A stretch of DNA of 64,000 nt from Octopus sinensis (lineage: Eukaryota). Numbering within the stretch: the stretch's first letter is position 1; the number at the start of each line of letters is the position of its first letter. The notes beneath the pieces are model-generated. The model ran no database searches, was not told the DNA's origin, and worked only from the letters and a program-made list of their open reading frames with translations. The stretch is taken from positions 22,258,001 through 22,322,000 of the forward strand of contig NC_042998.1 in NCBI RefSeq assembly GCF_006345805.1. Direction: 5' to 3'. The position numbers were made by a program, and so were the translations under genes. This document shows, in pieces, positions 1 through 12,951 of this stretch.

Positions 1-74
1 GCACATATTTTTGTGCATTGTAGCATAAGATAGATTTAAAGAGCATATTGGTGGTGATGGTGGTAATTGAGTGA

Positions 75-106
<32 letters not shown>

Positions 107-599
107 ATCAATAAATGGTGGGGTTGTGTTGACCGCACGTGGAGAAATGATAGGCAAGGAAAAATTAAAAAGGCAGAATGCTAAATTGAAGGAAAATTTT
201 AATGAAAATGGGTGTATGGAAAATTTTGAAAAATTAATAAAATATATATATATTAATTCAAACCGGTTTTCGTTACAATGTGACTTTATATTTATATATA
301 TATATATATATATACATAATACAAAATGGGACAAGAACACAAAACATCCGGACAGCTAGGTGATATAAAAAGGGACAACAAAATATCTAGATAGACGATA
401 CAAAGAAAACAAGGACGGGTCATTCGAAGCCCTTTATCCTCAGTCAAGCACCAGATTATCCTTGGAGTTCTTTTTGTATTTTGTATATATATATGGTTAG
501 AGCATTGAGCTTGCGATCGTGAGGTTGTGAGTTTGAATCACCAATGGTAGCCCTAATACACAAATAAAGAAATTTTATCCACGAATGCAGTGTTGAGCA

Positions 600-862
600 T
601 GCATTCTCATCATTCAACATTTACATATATATATATTTCGTTTTGGGATTTGATTTACATAGCACTGGACAAACAAGGACAGACAAATGGATTAAGTTGA
701 TTATATCGACTCCAGTGCATAACTGGTACTTATTTAATCGACCCCGAAAGGATAAAAGACAAAGTCGACCTTGTCGCAATTTGAACTCAGAACATAACGG
801 CAGACGAATTACTGCTTAGCATTTCAACCGGCGTGCTAATGTTTCTGCCAGCTTGCCGCCTT
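600..862 (-). mobile_element. tRNA-derived SINE, family B
   Basis: Reverse complement of the family-B head aaggcggcgagctggcagaaac-ttagcacgc and body gaggtcgactttgcctttcatcctttcggggtcgat, which recur more than 15 times in the window. Confidence 0.85.
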
Positions 863-1344
863 AAACACTCCTTAAGCAATCTTTTGTACATTTCTGGCGT
901 TTAATGTACCTGCACATCTGCCACTTGTAAAGACTACTTTCTCTGTCGGTCTTCCAGTGATACTGCCGAGGAGTATGATAAAATGAAGGTATGCCTTCAT
1001 AAGGGCTACAACATAAGCAATGTATTACTTGGATATATTGAGATTGCAGAATACTACAAGTACAGCATGAAGGGAAAGATGACAAAGTTGGAGAGATTCA
1101 TAAGAGACAACATAACCGAAAGAAAACATGATTAGATATACAAAAAAAAAAAAAAAAAAAGAAAGGAGTTGTGATTTGTGATACAAGGAGAGGAATGGAG
1201 TTTAATGATGTACAATGAGAGAGATTCATGTGAAGGCAAGCCAAATTGGAATCATATCATGCAAGAAGGTATGGCATTAAGAACTCTACCATTAGGTGGA
1301 AATATTGTACAACCAAAGGAATAATGAAAAGCATGACACCCTGA

Positions 1345-1644
1345 TACAATACGATATGATATATATATATATATTATATATATATATATAACACCATATG
1401 ATATCATATGTATATATATATATATATATATAGACACTATATGATATCATATGTGTATATTATATATGACACTATATGATATCATATGTGTATATATATA
1501 TATGACACTATATGATATCATATGTATATATATATATATGACACTATATGATATCATATATATATATATATGACACTATATGATATCATATATATATATA
1601 TGACACTATATGATATCATATATATATATATGACACTATATGAT

Positions 1645-1685
<41 letters not shown>

Positions 1686-1970
1686 CACTATATGATATTA
1701 TATATATATATATGACACTATATGATATCATATATATATGATACTATATGATATCATATATATATATGACACTATATGATATATATATATATATATATAT
1801 ATGACACAATATGATATATATTATATATATAATATGACACTATATGATATATATATGACACTATATGATATATATATATATGACACTATATGATATCATA
1901 TATATATATATGACACTATATCATATATATATATATGACATTATATGATATATATACATATATTATTATA
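1345..1970. repeat. Compound minisatellite GACACTATATGATATCA(TA)n
   Basis: Roughly 18-20 copies of a fixed gacactatatgatatca core separated by variable (TA)n tracts. Confidence 0.95.
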
Positions 1971-2486
1971 TAAGATGTGATAGAATTTGCAATAAAATAT
2001 TGATGAAGTGGGGGTGAGGTGGGGAGTAAATGGGTGAGTTCTTCTCTCCGGAATTCTCACCTTGCTTCTGTTATTCATGTATCCATTAACTTACAGTTGT
2101 TTAAGAGGAACAGCCGTCATCCATTTCAGTCTGCGAAGGTCATGGATAAAGACTCTTTCTCCAGATCAAACCATTAAAAAAAAAAAAAAAGAAAAAATGA
2201 TAAAGAAAAACGTCACACAAAGCTTATGTTATGAAGCGGTGAGTAGCGTGATTGAATATAAGTCATAAAATAAATTGAAATCAGAAGGGAATATGGTTTA
2301 TGGATAAGTTGAGTTGGATACAAGGAGGTATGGAATATATTGGCGACTTGGAAAATGCCGAAGAAAGAAAGAATGAAGACCAGATATATTCTCTAAGTAG
2401 TGGTATTGTGTAATAGGAAGAATTACATATAAGAATATGCATCATAGCAAAAGTATAATTCAAAACAGATTATTACTTATGCTGTC

Positions 2487-2893
2487 TTTACTCTTTTACT
2501 TGTTTCAGTCATTTGACTGTGGCCATGCTGGAGCACCGCCTTTAGTCGAGCAGATCGACCCCAGGACTTATTCTTTGTAAGGCTTGTACTTATTCTATCA
2601 GTCTCTTTTGCCGAACCACTAAGTTACGGGCACGTAAACACACCAGCATCTGTTGTCAAGCGATGTTGGGGGGACAAACACAGACACACAAACATATACG
2701 TACACACACAGACACACATATATATATATACACACATATATACGATGGGCTTCTTTCAGTTTCCGTCTACCAAATCCACTAACAAGGCTTTGGTTGGCCT
2801 GAGGCTATAGTAGAAAACAGTTGCCCAAGGAGCCACGCAGTGGGACTGAACCCGGAACCATGTGATTCGTAAGCAAGCTACTTACCACACAGC
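2487..2893 (-). mobile_element. tRNA-derived SINE, family A (about 400 bp, internal CA/TA microsatellite)
   Basis: Head on minus strand gctgtgtggtaagtagcttgctt...ggttccgggttcagtccc; tail gactgaaacaagtaaaagagtaa; about 17 copies in window. Confidence 0.9.
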
Positions 2894-3239
2894 TGGTTGA
2901 AAGCAGCTCTGGTTCTGTAGTACAAATGTCTTGTTTCTATAAGTTTTGAATTAAAATCTTCCACCAAACCTCAGTCACAATTTATGTTCCTAACACTAGC
3001 TGAATGATAACCAAGTTACTTTACTAAATTCTTTGTTATATTTAAAGTAATTGAAAGCAACACAGAGTATCTCAAAATGAATACAGTAGCGAAAGGGTTA
3101 AAGAAAGGAAAAAGAGGAAGAAGAAAGTTGGCTTTTGTGGGGTTTGAATTCAGTGTGTAGAGAATGGGAGCAAATATTGGTTTCAAATTCTAGCACAATA
3201 CCAGCACAAGGGGTAAGCCATCTACATCAACCACAATAT

Positions 3240-3780
3240 TAAACAGGTACTTATCAACCCTGAGAAGATGAAAGGCAAAATCGACTTTGGCAGAATTTGA
3301 ACTCAGAATATAAAGATGGACGAAATATGGTTAAGCATTTTGCTTCTTGTGCTAACAATTCTTATTTCTTTATTGCCCACAAGGGGCCAAACATAAAGGG
3401 AACAAACAAGGTCAGACAAAGGGATTAAGTCCATTACATTGACCCCAGTGCATAACTGGTACTTAATTTATCAACCCCAAAAGGATGAAAGGCAAAGTCA
3501 ACCTCGGTGGAATTTGAACTCAGAACGTAAAGGCAGACGAAATACCTATTTCTTTACTACCCACAAGGGGCTAAACACAGAGGGAACAAACAAGGACAGA
3601 CAAACAGATTAAGTCGATTACATCAACTCCAGTGTGTAACTGGTAGTTAATTTATCGACCCTGAAAGGATGAAAGGCAAAGTTAACCTCGGCGGAATTTG
3701 AACTCAGAATGTAACAGCAGATGAAATACCGCTAAGCATTTCGCCCGGTGTGCTAACAATTCTGCCAGCTCACCACCTTC
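3240..3780 (-). mobile_element. SINE family B trimer (head-to-tail units)
   Basis: Three repeats of the gaatttgaactcagaa / aaggatgaaaggcaaagtc module joined at two recurrent junctions (near 3360 and 3545). Confidence 0.85.
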
Positions 3781-4859
3781 TCTCACTGCCTTAATGGGCA
3801 GGTAGTCTAGCAAACATTTTGAAGAATCTACCAATTAGCAATCTAGCTTTAATTAAAAAGGTCTATGAGCAAGAGCTTTCCAGCTGTAACCATTCTATGT
3901 TTTCTTTCTTTTTCAGACATAATACAGTTTCTAGGTTTACATTATCTTGGGTGTACATTTTATGAAGCTGGTGGTGAAGAAGATTTGGCTGCTATTTCGT
4001 GCATGTCAAATGACCATATAAAGACACTCTCATTAGCTGGTTGTTTCATTTTTCTCAACAACCTCATTTTCGATTCTTCAAGATGCAAAAATATTTTATA
4101 ATAAATTTAAAGAAAGGCCTAACATTTTCTGAAAGATTCCCAAACTTGTTTGAAAATTCCAAGAAAAACAATGGGGAAGAATACAGCCATTAAAATTGGT
4201 GTGGAATGACAAGGAAATAAATCAAAGAAAATAAGTAAAAATAAGGTGTGTGTCTGTATTGGAACTGCAGAACAAGAGATAAAATCTTGGCAAACAAACT
4301 CTATGATACACAAATTTTTATTCCAGTGCAAGCATTTTTCTTCCATCTTGCTAATTTTCTTTAGGGAAAAGCACGCACTTCCAATTAAGACTTTCTCATT
4401 ATCCAGTTCCAGATATAAATTTTCTATCTGTTAATGAAAAATAAATCCCACCTGTGTTTGTAGTTTGGAACGAGTATTGTGTTTTAGTGCAAGATATAAG
4501 ATGGTAACCAGACTAAAAAAAATGACACAGTTTCACTTACTTAACACATTTCTCCCAACATCTTAACTCTCCTCTGCTACAGAATCACGGTTTCATGCCC
4601 AGATAGACCCACTTTCCACCCCAAAAATATAAGCAAACAGAAATAAATGATAAGGTAGATTGTCAGAAGTAGGTATGGTAAGGATCCATCCTGTGTCATA
4701 AAGGACTCATAAGACTGGTTTCCTGGTTTCTGGGGTGGATACCTGGGACACTGGTCCAGTACATAATAACTCATTTTTGCCAGTTGAGTGGACTGGAGCA
4801 ATGCGAAATGAAGTGCTTTGCTTAAGGGCACAACATGCCACCTGAACCAGAAGAGCTCA

Positions 4860-5073
4860 CATTACTCTTTCACTTGTTTCAGTCATTTGACTGTGGCCAT
4901 GCTGGAGCACCACCTGTAGTCGAGCATATCGACCACAGGACTTATTCTTTGTAAAACTAGTACTTATCCTATCGGTCTCTTTTGCCGAATCACTAAGTTA
5001 CGGGGACGTAAATGCATCAGCATCAGTTATCAAGCGATATTGGAGGGACAAACACAGACACACAAACATACAT

Positions 5074-5106
<33 letters not shown>

Positions 5107-5290
5107 CATATATACATACATATATACGATAGGCTTCTTTCAGTTTCTGTCTACCAAATCCACTCACAAGGCTTTGGTTGGCCCGAGGCTATAGTAGAAG
5201 ACACTAGCCCAAGGTGCCACGCAGAGGAACTGAACTCGGAACCATGTGGTTGGTAAGCAAGCTACTTACCACACAGCCACTCCTATGCCT
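4860..5290 (-). mobile_element. SINE family A
   Basis: Full-length similarity to the copy at 2487-2893. Confidence 0.9.
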
Positions 5291-5399
5291 ATATTCTGAT
5301 AATGGTTCTCTCATGTAGAAAGACTTTATATAGAAATAACAAGTGAGACACTCTGGCAGAATTGTTAGAACATTGAAAAAGTGGCAGTGGTGGTGGGAT

Positions 5400-5690
5400 T
5401 TAGTCCATGTTACTCTGTAAGGAGCAAAGGGCTGGTTTCCTAGTTTCCCAGTTGCCATGGTGTATAATATATCCCCCACCTGGATGGGATGCTGGTCCAT
5501 TGCAGGGTAACTCCCTTTTACCAGGTGAGTAGATTAGAGCAATGTGAAATTAAGTGTTTTGCTCCAAGAATACAACACATGGCCTGCTCCAGGAATCAAA
5601 ATACAACACATGGCCTGCTCCAGGAATCGAAACCGCAATCTTATGATCAAGATTGCGACACCCTAACCACTAAACCCCATGTCTTCACAT
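5400..5690 (-). mobile_element. tRNA-derived SINE, family C
   Basis: Reverse complement of the element at 32260-32510 (gaggcac-tggc-tagtggttaggg head; ttgagcaaaacactt...ttgctccagtccactc body); related fragment at 4700-4830. Confidence 0.75.
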
Positions 5691-6376
5691 TGCCAGAAAT
5701 GGTAGGGCATCAAACAATATACTTGTAGTTATTTTAGTTAAGTCTTTATACATTCTGGGTTCAAATCCTGCTGTAGGATAACTTTGTATTTCATCCTTCA
5801 GAGGTCGGGTAAAATTAAGTAGTACTCAAATTTGAGGTCAATAAAATCAATTATATTTCTCCTCCAAATTTGAGGTTTTTACTTATGTTCAAAATCAATA
5901 GAGACTGGTCAGAGGGAGAACAATAACATCAAATGGTTGTAGCTATCTGATGTCTGATTTATGTATTTTTATATTGCTACAGACGTTGCATTCTACTTCA
6001 TTCCTTGGTATAACTCTTCACTCATGATGCCTTGCTAAAATTATCTTCATGCCTAATTAACGAATATTTGCTGTTGCAAATAAAAAAGAGATATGTTACT
6101 ATTTTGTGAAAATTATCTCAAGGCAGAAAGATGAGAAGTCAAGATGTGGTTTACAAGGTTAATATTTCCTCTGAAGTGTTGCTGTTTACAATAATTGTTT
6201 GGGAATATATGCGCATGAAATGCAGTCCCTGTGAGAAATATTTGTATATGAAAGAATTCCTCATCTTTGGCTTATTATGAGCCAATAGTCATGAAATCAC
6301 ATTTGATAAGGGAAGAGTTGAAGTCAATAACAAGTTTGCATGGTATGGAAAATTCAGAAAATTTATATTAAATGTA

Positions 6377-6942
6377 TTAGGTTGTCCAAAAAGTTTGTGC
6401 CGATTTATAGTAGCTTACCCTTTCGACTTATTTTAGAACATGGTTGAGTCCATAAAATAGGATTTGACTACACCTCCATTTAGAGCACAGTTTAAGCTAT
6501 CTTTTCGTGGAAGAAGGTTTATGTTCCTATAACCTGTGTTAATTCTGTACCCTTTAAAATGGAAGATAAGAAAGTATATTTTCGGCACTTGATGCTTTGG
6601 GAACCAGACAAAAATTGCTGCAGCACGGTTGGGATGTGTTACCCCACCCTCCATATTCACCAGATATTACCCCTTCAGATTTCCATTTATCCAGGTCTCT
6701 GCAGAATAGTCTTAATGGTAAAAATTTCAATTCCTTGGATGATGTAAAAAGATACCTTGATGAATTCTTTGCCATGAAACCACCTAAATTCTGGGAAGAG
6801 GGTATTTTCAAGTTAAAGGAAAGATGGAAACACATTGTGCAACAAAATGGTTCATATTTGGTTGATTAAAAATGTAATGGCAAATATTTATTGACCTTTT
6901 TCTTTCCTTTAAAAATCGGCACGAACTTTCCAGACAACCCAA
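6377..6942 (+). mobile_element. Internally deleted mariner (non-autonomous), TA TSD
   Basis: About 32-bp TIRs ttaggttgtccaaaaagtttgtgccgattt / aaaaatcggcacgaactttccagacaacccaa, with TA at 6375-6376 and 6943-6944. N-terminus MEDKKVYFRHLMLWE (6559) is joined directly to the C-terminal catalytic segment GWDVLPHPPYSPDITPSDFHLSRSLQNSL (ORF 6597-6869). Confidence 0.93.
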
Positions 6943-8354
6943 TAGAAAAGTAGCAAGCTCTTTTGAATAAAACTAAGCTACCTATGAACTTCAGCAGAGA
7001 ATCAGTTGAATATTGGGAAATTGGTGAATGAAATAGTGCAACATTTAACTATAAATTGATGTGGTTTGCCTAATCGAAAATAGGTGCTGAGATAGGAGGA
7101 GCAACATGCTGCCACTTTTGGTGGCAACTGGAATGGAAAACTGACAATTAATTCCTTAATGTATTGTTGTGACTTGAGTTGTTTCTGTGGATACAACTTG
7201 GAAAGGAATGATTTCCCTCATTGCACAGACTTGCTTTATGTGGACTGCATGGAAGCACATTTTTCTGAGGTGTTGTCAAAAGTGTGTTTGTTGACTGAGT
7301 CGCTATATTCTTGGAGAAGGAGATTCCTATTGTCTATCTACCATCTGTCTTCACCATCTTCCTGGGTCATCTGGCTGTGGCAAGAATGGAGACACATTGC
7401 ACAGCTGTCTCAACAGTCTGCCTTGTAAGAAGTGAGGTGTGTGAATGAGTTGGCTGCTCTCAATGCTCTACAAAAACATTAGGCATCAAAAGCGGCTTTC
7501 CATAGGGCACAGGGAGAAGATTTTAGAAGATTGAATCATGTGATGACTTGACACTGATAAGTTGCTTAATAGACAGATCATGTGAAACTATTGTGGCTTG
7601 GTCGTGATGTACAACAGGTTAACTAGCAGTTCAGTCTTGAATAACTGTTATAGTGTCATTATGTCCTCATATATTATGATAAATGTCACAAATTGCTAAT
7701 ACTATTGAAACAGTCAGAATATCAATCACATAATTACAATTCTCCCCTCTGAAACCTGATGCCAATGTAAAGTATCAATCAGTCATATCTTTCATCTGTT
7801 ATGTATTCAGTATTTAGCTTTCTATTATATAGATTTACATAAGCTTGGAGGAAAAGACAACTTGTTCAAAAGTGCCAAACACTGTACATGGCAGTCAACC
7901 ATATCCACATGACAGTGGATACGGTTGACTGAGTTGTCCAAGTGTTGACTTGCAGCTCCAAAGTGTTGTGGATATTTTGCACGATGTTGTCAATACTGCT
8001 CTGTACTATTAAGTAATAAAAACGCTTCATTTTATATCACTTAAGTCATAAGACAAAGGGCTACACTCATGGGTCTTTCCACAACCCTTCGACCTAGTGA
8101 GAAGAAGCAAAGAAGTTATTCCCAGGCTAGGGATCTGATCTTGAATACTTGTGAGAGAACAGACCCTATTAAAGTTACCCTTGGACATCTTCCTGGTCTT
8201 AAGTCATTGAGCAGTTACCATGGGAAAGTTTGTGTGTTTAGCTTATTACTGCAAACATTGCATTGAATTTGTATAACTAACAAGCATTTTATTAATTTCT
8301 TTTATCTTTTTAGATTATGGCCATGCTGGAAAACTGCCTTGAAGGATAAGAAAC

Positions 8355-8708
8355 TTGCTTCCCAACCACATGGTTCTGAGTTCAGTCCCACTGCATGGCA
8401 CCTTGGGCAAGTGTCTTCTATTATAGCCTTGGGCCTACCAAAGCCTTGTGAGTGGATTGAGTAGATGGAAATTGAAAGAAGCCTGTTGTATATATATGTG
8501 TGTATGCATCTGTGTTTGTCCCCCCACCATCGCTTGACAACTGATGTTAGTGTGTTTACGTCCCTGTAACTTAGTGGTCCAGCGAAAGAGACCAGTAGAT
8601 TAAGTACTAGGCTTACAAAGAATAAGTCCTGGCGTCAATTTGTTTGACTAAAGGCTGTGCTCCAGCATGGCTGCAATCAAATGACTGAAACAAGTAAAAA
8701 AAGAATAA
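8355..8708 (+). mobile_element. SINE family A
   Basis: Plus-strand copy of the family A body and tail. Confidence 0.85.
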
Positions 8709-8794
8709 GAAAAGAAAGTAGGAATAGACCCCAGAAGTTATTCTAGCAGTCTTTCTTGCTAAACTGTTAAGTTTCAGGGATGTAAGCATGAGTT

Positions 8795-9402
8795 GTTCAG
8801 TGGTGGTGGGAGTGACACATAGAAAGACACACACACACATGATGGGCTTCTTTCAGTTTCCATCTACCAAATCCACCCAAAAGGTTTGAGTCAGCTTGAG
8901 GCTACAGTAGAAAACATTTGCCCAAGGTGCCATGCAGTGGGACTGAACCCAGAACCTGGAATGTAGTTGGGCAGTAAGCTACTTACAACACAGCCATGCC
9001 TGCATCTAGCTACTCTTTTACTTGTTTCAGTCATTTGACTGTGGCCTTACTGGAGCAACGCCTTTAGTCGAGCAAATCGATCCCAGGACTTATTCTTTGT
9101 AAGCCTAGTACTTATTCTATTGGTATCTCTTGCTGAACCGCTAAGTTACGGGGATGTAAACACACCAGCATCGGTTGTCAAGTGATGTTGGGGGGCAAAC
9201 ACACACACACAAACACACACATATATATACATATACATAAATACGACGGGCTTCTTTTCAGTCTCTGTGTACCAAATCCACTCACAAGGCTTTGGTCCGA
9301 CCAAGGCTATAGTAGAAAACACTTGCCCAAGGTGCCATGCAGTGGAACTGAACCCGGAGCCATGTGGTTGGTAAGCAAGCTACTTTCCACATAGCCACTC
9401 CT
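8795..9402 (-). mobile_element. Two adjacent SINE family A copies (partial about 8795-9000; full about 9010-9402)
   Basis: Same diagnostic motifs as other family A copies. Confidence 0.85.
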
Positions 9403-10272
9403 GCTCAATTTTGGGTTTAAATCCCATTGCAGATCTTTATTATAGATTGGAATTCTTGACTGATTAATCTCTGTGGAAGCCAAGATACTCTCCAGCATGC
9501 TGTGCCTACTAAACATGAAGGATCTTAGAAGTAGGCAACACACATTTCAGTTTGAAATGAATGAACTTATTTGACATTTAAGTTTAATCAATTCACTGGA
9601 ACAAGAAAAGAAATTAACCAAGATTCTTTACTACAAATAAACGTGCAAGACATGTTCTGCATTGACATCTTATCTATGTGAACCAGTATGAAATAATTAG
9701 GTTTTAATAATTCACAGCTATTCCCCAACATATGGAATGATGCTTCCTCTCATCAGGTTTGAATCTACTCTTTACTTATGACAATGGCCTATTGTGTTAA
9801 ACATTAATTCAATATAGAATGCCATCTGACAAATCCTGCAAATTATATGAGTGTTACAATTTCTCAAAGGAACAAGTTGGTGACAAAGCTGGAAACATTA
9901 ATAAATAACGAGGTAATCAATGAAAGTTATAGAGAGATTCTCTCTTCATTAATTATTTCTGATTATTTCTGTTTGTGTTTATGACATCTTCAGCTTTCAT
10001 GGTTAATTATAACAAAACATCAAGTTTATTTTCATGTAGAGAAGGCTTATAAACTTCTTCATGATGTTGGCAGAATTTCTAAACTAGTTTGGCAATAATT
10101 ACACTTGGAAATGATCTCAAAGAAACATACGCTACGATGTTCTATCTATCAAACCCTATCATTGGCAGTTTTTATGTGACTCTGCTGTCAATGATTATGT
10201 TATCATTGTATTGATGGAATTATTCAATTTTGCACAACTTTTATATATAAATCATCATCATCATCATCATCA

Positions 10273-10487
10273 TAGGCGCCGGAGTGGCTGTGTGGTAAGT
10301 AGCTTGCTTACCAACCACATGGTTCCCGGTTCATTCCCACTGCGTGGCACCTTGGGCAAGTGTCTTCTACTAGGTTATAGTAGGTTATAGTAGAAAACAC
10401 TTGCCCAAGGTGCCACACATTGGGACTGAACTTGGAACCATTTGGTTGGTAAGCAAGCTACTTATCACACAGCCACTCCTGTGTCTA
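10273..10487. repeat. Inverted repeat made of two SINE-A 5' ends (about 100-bp arms)
   Basis: Plus-strand head 10273-10372 and minus-strand head 10388-10487, separated by a duplicated taggttatag (10371-10390). Confidence 0.9.
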
Positions 10488-10579
10488 TAGCCACTCCTGT
10501 ACCTTAAAAATCTTTCATTTTGGTGCAGTGGAATTTTAATCATGTTATAAGTTCTGTTCAAGACAAATTCCAATTCCTA

Positions 10580-10878
10580 GAGAGAACTCTTTGAGTAAGA
10601 CACATACGTTACCTGAATCTCCCTGAGAACTACATTAAGGGTATACGTGTCTGTGAAATGTTCGGCCACTTGCACGTTAATAAATGAGCTGCGACGTCAC
10701 TGGTGCCAAGCTGTATCAGCCTTTGCCTCTCTCTTGGATAATATTGGTGGCATGGAGAGAGGAGGCTGGTATGCATGAGCAACTGCTGGTCTTCCATAAA
10801 CAACTATACCCAGACTTGTGCCTTGGAGGTTAATTCTCTAGGTGTAATCCCATGGTCATTCATGACTGAAGGGGGTCA
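10580..10878 (+). mobile_element. Interspersed repeat (SINE-like), 3' body gtcactggtgccaagctgtatc...catggtcattcatgac
   Basis: Shared with 27990-28305 (+) and 47345-47680 (-). Confidence 0.75.
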
Positions 10879-11172
10879 CAACAATTTTGTCAAATGTAAT
10901 GCTTAATTATTGTCATCATTTTGAAATAATCCTGCATTATCTTGTAGCTTCAACATTTCGATGACATGATAATATATTTTTAGAATGACATTGTAGAGTA
11001 GGTGTGAGAGATGGGATCTGGCTGCTTTCACTGTAAAACAGGCAGAATATTTGGGCCGAATGTGGCTGGATTAACTGGTAAATAATTAATTCAAATCTGT
11101 TACAGACATTTGATTATCTGAACAGGGTACTTGGATCTACTTGATAGTTGGAAATAGGAAACAGATCTTTAA

Positions 11173-11393
11173 CCCTTTAGCATTTAAACTGGCCATATCC
11201 GGCCAAAAGTATTCTACCTGTTTTATATTCAAACTGGCCAGATCTGGTCTCTCACACCAGCCCTACAATATCGTTTTAAAAATTAACAGCTACCTCATCA
11301 AAATCTCATAGCACCAAGATAATGCCTGATTAGTTCAAGGCAATGTGGATAAAAAAGGATTAATTTTGGCAGAATAATGCGAACACTAAAGGG
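11173..11393. mobile_element. piggyBac-like MITE (221 bp), TTAA TSD
   Basis: ttaa|ccctttag ... ctaaaggg|ttaa; CCC/GGG termini with TTAA TSD are piggyBac hallmarks. Confidence 0.85.
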
Positions 11394-12311
11394 TTAAAGA
11401 ATTTTATCTATGATTAACTGGCATCCTATGTAGGAAGGAAAAAGGTTTTCATTATTCACTTGGCACCATAAAATCTGGAGTTAAGCAACAGTTCTTTTAA
11501 GTATTCGGCCTCAGAATCATAATAAATGTGATGATGAACTTGTAATAAATGAGTTTCATATGTGCTGTGGCTTTGAAGACATAATGGATCTACTCAACCT
11601 GGTTGGATTTCTTTCTCTGGATATGTTCCATGAAAACAAAAATATCAGCATGGTTCAGACAACCCAATGGATTCCAGAATATTAGAAATTATTGAGAAAG
11701 AAATTAATGATATTGTATCATTAATCTGATGGGAAAAGTTCTCAGTAAAGAATTGGCATATTTTACCATTTTCACTTTGTTGTTTGTTTTTTTTCTTTCG
11801 AACCTTACAAACAGAATAACGTTGGTTGTGGAGATTACAAATCAACAAGACCAAATCTTGAGAATGATGGAATATTTTCTGCCGTGTTGATGGTGATGAT
11901 GATGATGATAATGATAGTTCAGTAAAACTACACAAAAAAAAAAAAAAAATAGACGCAAACATCCTTTTTTTGAAAGGTTCTAGTTATGAAAGTATTCCAA
12001 GTTGTTAAAAGAAGTTCTTGCTCAAACAATTTCTACACAAGTACTGAACCAGCTAAAACACGCTAACATTAATGTTCACAAAAACATACATACATGCATG
12101 CATAAACACATACACACACATATATCGTGTTCAAGATAATATAAACCAAAATTTTAACACATACATCAATAATTAGAGTGCATAATATATAAGATACATG
12201 CAGCTTCTCCATAAATGATGCATTGCTAGTTTCACAGCTATTATATAATGCTGAAAAACTGATAGTATGCCATAATTAATTAAATTCTTTGTGTATTTTC
12301 CTCCTGATATA

Positions 12312-12945
12312 ACAGGTGGTTGGCAGTGATGAAATAGAGGAGGTAAAGGAATATGTCTACCTGGGACAGGAATTGAATATGTGCTGAGACATCGAAAAGG
12401 AGATCTCGCGGAGAGTAAGGGCCAGATGGAAGGCGTTTAATGGCATAAGGGATGTGCTCAAGGGAAGGTTGGGCAGAACCACCTGTGCCAACCTCATCAA
12501 TAGCACAGTTCCACCTGCAATGTTTTATGGTAAGTGAAACATGGGCTACAACAAAGAGAGAAGAGCAGAGATTGGTAACGGCTCAAAGAGCCATGGAGAG
12601 GTCAATACTTGGAATCTCTTTGAGAGAGCACATCAGTAGCAAGGTTATCAGACAGAAGTCCGGCATGAGAGATGTCATCGCAGAGTATACATGCAGCAAG
12701 TATAGATGGGCTGGACACGTCGCCCGGCTCACCGATGATCGGTGGACCTGTGCAGTTGTTGAGTGGTACCTGTGCAAGCAAAAACGACCACTCGGAAAGT
12801 CTCCACATTGGTGGAGTTATGATTTTAGGAGGGCGATTGGGACCACGTGGATGAGGAAAGCGTGATCCAGAGGGGAGTGGACAGCGTGCTGTGACCAGCG
12901 GTGTCAAATGGATACTCGACGGACTGGTCGGTCAAGGTGATATAT
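12312..12945 (+). mobile_element. 5'-truncated RTE-clade LINE (RT C-terminus), frameshifted
   Basis: Translates EIEEVKEYVYLGQ...EISRRVRARWKAF...MFYG/SETWATTK...AQRAMERSILGISLREH...YRWAGHVARLTDDRWT, the typical RTE RT end; ends in (TA)n. Confidence 0.9.
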
Positions 12946-12951
12946 ATATAT

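Noticed and set aside
3865-4434. Exon-like acceptors (ttctttttcag near 3916, ctaattttctttag near 4364)
   Set aside because: Downstream frames hit stops or run into a repeated motif (gatttggctgctatttc, also at 42121); no matching donor or protein similarity
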